Both the position numbers and the translations under genes were made by a program. 64,000 nucleotides of DNA, taken from assembly GCA_035693615.1 (NCBI GenBank), contig DASSGH010000051.1, forward strand, positions 12,608 to 76,607, written 5' to 3'. Numbering within the stretch: the first letter of the stretch is position 1; every line of letters starts with the position of its first letter. Below, in pieces: positions 60,648 to 64,000 of this stretch. This stretch comes from Xanthobacteraceae bacterium. GTDB lineage: Bacteria > Pseudomonadota > Alphaproteobacteria > Rhizobiales > Xanthobacteraceae. The notes under the pieces are model-generated. The model was not told the DNA's origin, made no database searches, and saw nothing but the letters and a program-made list of their open reading frames with translations.

Positions 60648-61079
60648 TCAGACGATGGGAGGCCGGTTGATGCGCTCCGGACCGCGCCCGCTCAGGGCCT
60701 CAGTGAGAACCGGCAAGACAACGGAACCGAGGCCCTCCAATCCGAAGCTGGGGACCAGCTCGCCGGGGATTGCGACGACGGAGAAGAGGCCGCAACAGAT
60801 CGCGATTGCCGCCTTGTCATCCTTGCCCGAAGGCTGCGGCGGCACGCCATCATTGTGGTGCTCATGGGCGGTGCCATCGGCATGGACGTGAAGCTTGCCG
60901 TCATGGTCGCGCTTGGCGCCGTGATCATGAACGCCGACGTGACCTTCGGTCAGGCAATGTGCAATGACCGGGTTGTCGGAAAGCGCAAAGGCGACTGCCG
61001 GCGCAAGGATGCAAAGCGCATAAAGCGCGGCCACAACGATCGCCGCTTTGACGCGAAGAGTCTTGGTCAAGGCCGACAT
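60648..61079 (-). CDS. hypothetical His-rich membrane protein, first gene of the copper operon
   Basis: I prefer the start at MSALTKTL (61077-61079, GAGG RBS). It has an N-terminal TM, HVGVHDHGAKRDHDGKLHVHADGTAHEHHNDG (10 His in 32 aa by my count), and a second hydrophobic segment with CC. Confidence 0.55.
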   Translation of the reverse strand: MSALTKTLRVKAAIVVAALYALCILAPAVAFALSDNPVIAHCLTEGHVGVHDHGAKRDHDGKLHVHADGTAHEHHNDGVPPQPSGKDDKAAIAICCGLFSVVAIPGELVPSFGLEGLGSVVLPVLTEALSGRGPERINRPPIV

Positions 61080-61284
61080 CGCGCCTCGTGGGCGCTCACT
61101 GCGCCGAAGACATCCGATGCTTCGAGAATAGAGCATTACTTAGGGTTTGCAACGCACCCGTCGTGCGCCTCGCAGTGGATTCGGAACGAGTTTGCGGCGG
61201 AAGCGTGGCGCGGATGATGCGATCCGCATTGCAGTCCGTCGGCAGCTTTCACTGCGCGGTCAGCGTAGCCGAGATCGGCTCTTA

Positions 61285-61704
61285 TCACCGCTCTCGGCTC
61301 GTTTTCGGCACGACGGCCAGGAATTCCAGCGGCTCGTGCGCGAGATTCTCCCCGGCATGTCGTTGAACAGGGACCCAATCAATGGCCCCGGCTCGCCGGC
61401 GAATATCATCGGCGCTGCCGTCAGGATGAGTGTCGCGCAAGTATACGTCCGTCAACCAGACCACCAGCCTTGCGCTCGTGATGTCATGCATTGGTGTCTT
61501 CTCGCCGGGCGCCATGCGGATGCGAACGACGACGATGGATTCATTCTCGAATTCCACCACGGCATTGGCAGGACCGGATTGATGAATTGCGGCGCCGTGG
61601 GACGATGTCGAGGGCGCGCCGGAGTGTTGCGCCGCGCCGGGAGAGCCGAAAGCCAGGAATAGGTAACCGGCAGAGACCCAAAGGCTTGTGAGCGTACCTT
61701 TCAT
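61285..61704 (-). CDS. secreted hypothetical protein, cupin-like
   Basis: I prefer the start at MKGTLTSLWVSAGYLFLAFGSPGAAQ (signal peptide). The beta-rich core contains EKTPMHD...H. Confidence 0.5.
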   Translation of the reverse strand: MKGTLTSLWVSAGYLFLAFGSPGAAQHSGAPSTSSHGAAIHQSGPANAVVEFENESIVVVRIRMAPGEKTPMHDITSARLVVWLTDVYLRDTHPDGSADDIRRRAGAIDWVPVQRHAGENLAHEPLEFLAVVPKTSRER

Positions 61705-61761
61705 GTGCGTCCTGTTGCTCGGCGACCCTCGTTTGACGTTCGGGTCGGTCGACCGTACGAG

Positions 61762-61777
61762 TTGAAGCAAACTTCAA
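61762..61777. promoter_or_regulatory. 6-4-6 palindrome in the divergent merR / cupin-like intergenic region
   Basis: TTGAAG-caaa-CTTCAA, immediately upstream of the AAGGAG RBS of the MerR gene. Confidence 0.35.
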
Positions 61778-61793
61778 GTCAAGGAGATTTTCG

Positions 61794-62258
61794 ATGGTCG
61801 ACATGAGCATCGGAGAGGTAGCCCGCAAGATGGGGCTGCGATCCTCGGCTATTCGTTACTACGAAAAGCTCGGCCTGATCCCGAAAGCAGCGCGGCTGAG
61901 CGGGCGGCGGCGGTACGACGAGCGCGTGCTGGAGCGCCTGGCAATGGTCCGATTCGCAAAACACGTGGGCTTCAGCATCGCTGAGATTAAGATCCTGTTA
62001 CGCGGAGTTGACGATCGCCCGCCGCCCGAGCGGTGGCGTAAGCTCGCCGCCGCGAAAGTCGCTGAAGCCGAGGCAATCATGGCGCAGGCGCGAACGATCC
62101 GAAAATTGCTGTCCGAAACGCTGGACTTTCAGTGTCCGAAACTGGTGGAACGCGGGCGTGCCTTGCCGGCCGCAATCGCACGCCGAACTTTGCGCCTGAA
62201 GCATCCCGCCAGATCGGCTCGCCGCTGTCCTATCATTCGGGGCCGGAGAAGACCTTGA
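61794..62258 (+). CDS. MerR family transcriptional regulator
   Basis: 154 aa with the N-terminal [30 protein letters not shown] and a coiled-coil dimerisation helix. The C-terminal tail is Arg-rich and lacks the CueR C-x7-C pattern. Confidence 0.8.
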   Translation: MVDMSIGEVARKMGLRSSAIRYYEKLGLIPKAARLSGRRRYDERVLERLAMVRFAKHVGFSIAEIKILLRGVDDRPPPERWRKLAAAKVAEAEAIMAQARTIRKLLSETLDFQCPKLVERGRALPAAIARRTLRLKHPARSARRCPIIRGRRRP

Positions 62259-64000
62259 CGCACGAGCATTGTCATCACGCGGGCCACACAGCGGGGCCGA
62301 CAAAGGCGCCACCGTCCCCGGCCGCAGTGCCGGCAGGCACGATCTATACCTGCCCGATGCATCTGCAGATCCGGCAGGTCGGCCCCGGCGTCTGCCCGAT
62401 CTGCGGTATGGCGCTGGAGCCGGAATTGCCCGCCGCTGGAGTAGCGCCGAACCCTGAAATCGCGGACATGACGCGGCGGTTCTGGGTCGCCCTGGTGCTC
62501 GCCGTTCCCGTCCTCGCGCTCGAAATGGGCGGCCATCTCACCAACCTCCACGCGCTGCTCGGCCAGAACTGGTCGAACTGGCTGCAGTTCGTCTTAGCCA
62601 CGCCGGTGGTGCTGTGGGCGGGGTGGCCGTTCTTCGTGCGCGGCTGGCAATCCCTCCTCACGCGCAATCTTAACATGTTCACGCTGATCGCCATGGGCAT
62701 CGGCGTGGCTTGGCTCTACAGCGTGATTGCCATCCTGCTGCCAGGGATATTTCCGCCGGCATTTCGCAGTCCCGATGGCGCGGTCGCGGTCTATTTCGAG
62801 GCCGCGGCCGTGATCACGGTCCTCGTGCTGCTCGGTCAAGTGCTCGAGTTGCGGGCGCGCGAGCAAACGTCGGGGGCGATCCGGGCCTTGCTTGATCTCG
62901 CCCCCAAGACGGCACGGCGCGTGAACGGGGACGAAAGCGAGGAGGAGGTGCCGCTCGACATGATCGCCGTGGGTGATCGGCTGCGGGTTCGTCCCGGCGA
63001 GAAGATCCCGGTCGACGGCGAATTGATCGAAGGACGCTCGGCGGTCGACGAATCGATGGTGACCGGGGAATCCATGCCCCTGACCAAGGAGGTGGGCGCG
63101 AAGGTCATCGCGGGCACGCTAAACACCACCGGCGGCTTCATCATGCGGGCCGAGAAGGTCGGCCGCGACACGATGCTTTCGCGCATCGTGCAAATGGTGG
63201 CGGCGGCCCAGCGCTCGCGGGCGCCGATCCAGCGACTGGCGGACCGGGTCTCGGGTTGGTTCGTGCCGACGGTGATCGCGGTCGCTCTCGTCGCATTCGC
63301 CGCGTGGGGCGTGTATGGGCCGGAGCCGCGCTTCGCGTTCGGATTGGTGGCGGCTGTCACGGTCTTGATCATCGCCTGTCCCTGCGCGCTCGGCTTGGCG
63401 ACGCCGATGTCGATCATGGTCGGGGTGGGACGTGGCGCGGAAGTCGGCGTTTTGATCAAGAACGCCGAAGCCCTGGAGCGAATGGAGAAGATCGACACGC
63501 TTGTCATCGACAAAACCGGAACCCTGACCGAAGGAAAGCCGAAGGTGGTAGCCGTCATTCCCGCGGAGGGGTTCGAGGAAGGCCAGGTCTTGCGATTGGC
63601 CGCGAGTTTAGAGAAAGCCAGCGAGCATCCGCTCGCGCTCGCGCTCGTCGCCGCCGCGCAGGAACGCGGCTTGAATATGTCGGCCGTCACGGAATTCAAC
63701 TCGCCCACCGGCAAGGGCGTCGTGGGTGTTGTCGATGGGCGGCGGCTCGCGCTGGGACATGCGAACTTCCTGCGCGAACTTCACATTGAGCCAAATGCAT
63801 TGGAGCAAGACGCCGAACGGCTTCGGCACGACGGCGCAACGGCGATTTTCCTGGGCGTCGACGGCAGGCTTGCGGCAGTGATTGCCGTCGCCGATCCGGT
63901 GAAATCCACCACCCCCGCAGCGCTCGACGCGCTCGCCAAAGAAGGCGTGCGGGTGGTGATGCTCACGGGCGATAACCGTACCACGGCGCAGGCGGTCGCA
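62255..64000 (+). CDS. copA: heavy-metal (copper-type) translocating P1B-type ATPase, 3' end runs off the window
   Basis: The frame is open to base 64000. Motifs are [33 protein letters not shown] ([12 protein letters not shown]), DKTGTLT and MLTGDN. I propose a TTG start at 62255 (GGAGAA 5 nt upstream) overlapping the merR stop. There is no ATG upstream of the conserved N-terminal domain. Confidence 0.85.
   Translation, partial: MTHEHCHHAGHTAGPTKAPPSPAAVPAGTIYTCPMHLQIRQVGPGVCPICGMALEPELPAAGVAPNPEIADMTRRFWVALVLAVPVLALEMGGHLTNLHALLGQNWSNWLQFVLATPVVLWAGWPFFVRGWQSLLTRNLNMFTLIAMGIGVAWLYSVIAILLPGIFPPAFRSPDGAVAVYFEAAAVITVLVLLGQVLELRAREQTSGAIRALLDLAPKTARRVNGDESEEEVPLDMIAVGDRLRVRPGEKIPVDGELIEGRSAVDESMVTGESMPLTKEVGAKVIAGTLNTTGGFIMRAEKVGRDTMLSRIVQMVAAAQRSRAPIQRLADRVSGWFVPTVIAVALVAFAAWGVYGPEPRFAFGLVAAVTVLIIACPCALGLATPMSIMVGVGRGAEVGVLIKNAEALERMEKIDTLVIDKTGTLTEGKPKVVAVIPAEGFEEGQVLRLAASLEKASEHPLALALVAAAQERGLNMSAVTEFNSPTGKGVVGVVDGRRLALGHANFLRELHIEPNALEQDAERLRHDGATAIFLGVDGRLAAVIAVADPVKSTTPAALDALAKEGVRVVMLTGDNRTTAQAVA

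Noticed and set aside
60267-61217. 316-aa plus-strand ORF spanning the OMP start and the His-rich gene
   Set aside because: It is antisense to two co-oriented copper-operon genes, has a low-complexity composition, and has no RBS.
62132-62254. Alternative GTG start extending the P1B ATPase 41 codons upstream
   Set aside because: The extension ([19 protein letters not shown]...) has no ATPase-like features and overlaps merR by 127 nt. The TTG at 62255 with an RBS is more plausible, but this remains unproven.

Overview
High-GC chromosomal segment whose gene content and repeat types look alphaproteobacterial, Rhizobiales/Bradyrhizobiaceae-like (inference only). I support about 62 protein-coding genes, 2 clear pseudogenes, 1 tRNA-Leu(UAA), and several regulatory palindromes, terminators and intergenic repeats.

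Gene content, left to right:
- Polysaccharide deacetylase (partial), DmpA-type peptidase and ccdA.
- A minus-strand branched-chain amino-acid ABC operon (livH-livM-livG-[tctC-like]-livF-[small membrane protein]-SBP).
- hpaBC plus an AraC regulator plus a pcaD-like gene.
- A complete form II coxGSLM-DE-xdhC-mocA molybdo-enzyme cluster.
- A tetR-hlyD-ABC-ABC2 efflux operon.
- A decayed, lower-GC patch holding a truncated htrA and an orphan nuoD pseudogene.
- phhB, an NDUFA9-like gene and an MFS transporter.
- A large S8 peptidase with FG-GAP-like repeats.
- groESL with a CIRCE element, then usg, nupC and an SDR gene.
- An Anbu (proteasome-like) / alpha-E / circularly permuted ATP-grasp operon.
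- GST, an S1C protease, an fcs-like ligase, a cinA-like gene, an intradiol dioxygenase, gpt, tRNA-Leu and mqo.
- A copper-resistance block: His-rich membrane protein, TolC-like OMP, multicopper oxidase, cupredoxin and CusF-like protein, with a divergent MerR regulator plus a P1B ATPase.

Most unusual signals:
- A family of three 166-168 bp CTAG-bounded double-hairpin elements at 41.4-47.6 kb. Substitutions are loop-only between two copies and compensatory in the stems of the third.
- The Anbu operon lacks its usual transglutaminase partner.
- The orphan nuoD carries one nonsense mutation and one frameshift.
- An htrA stub is fused to a transporter tail.
- The copper operon contains an uncharacterised His-rich membrane protein.

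No CRISPR array, integrase, transposase or recognisable defence system was seen. Many long ORFs in the track are antisense shadow ORFs typical of high-GC DNA.
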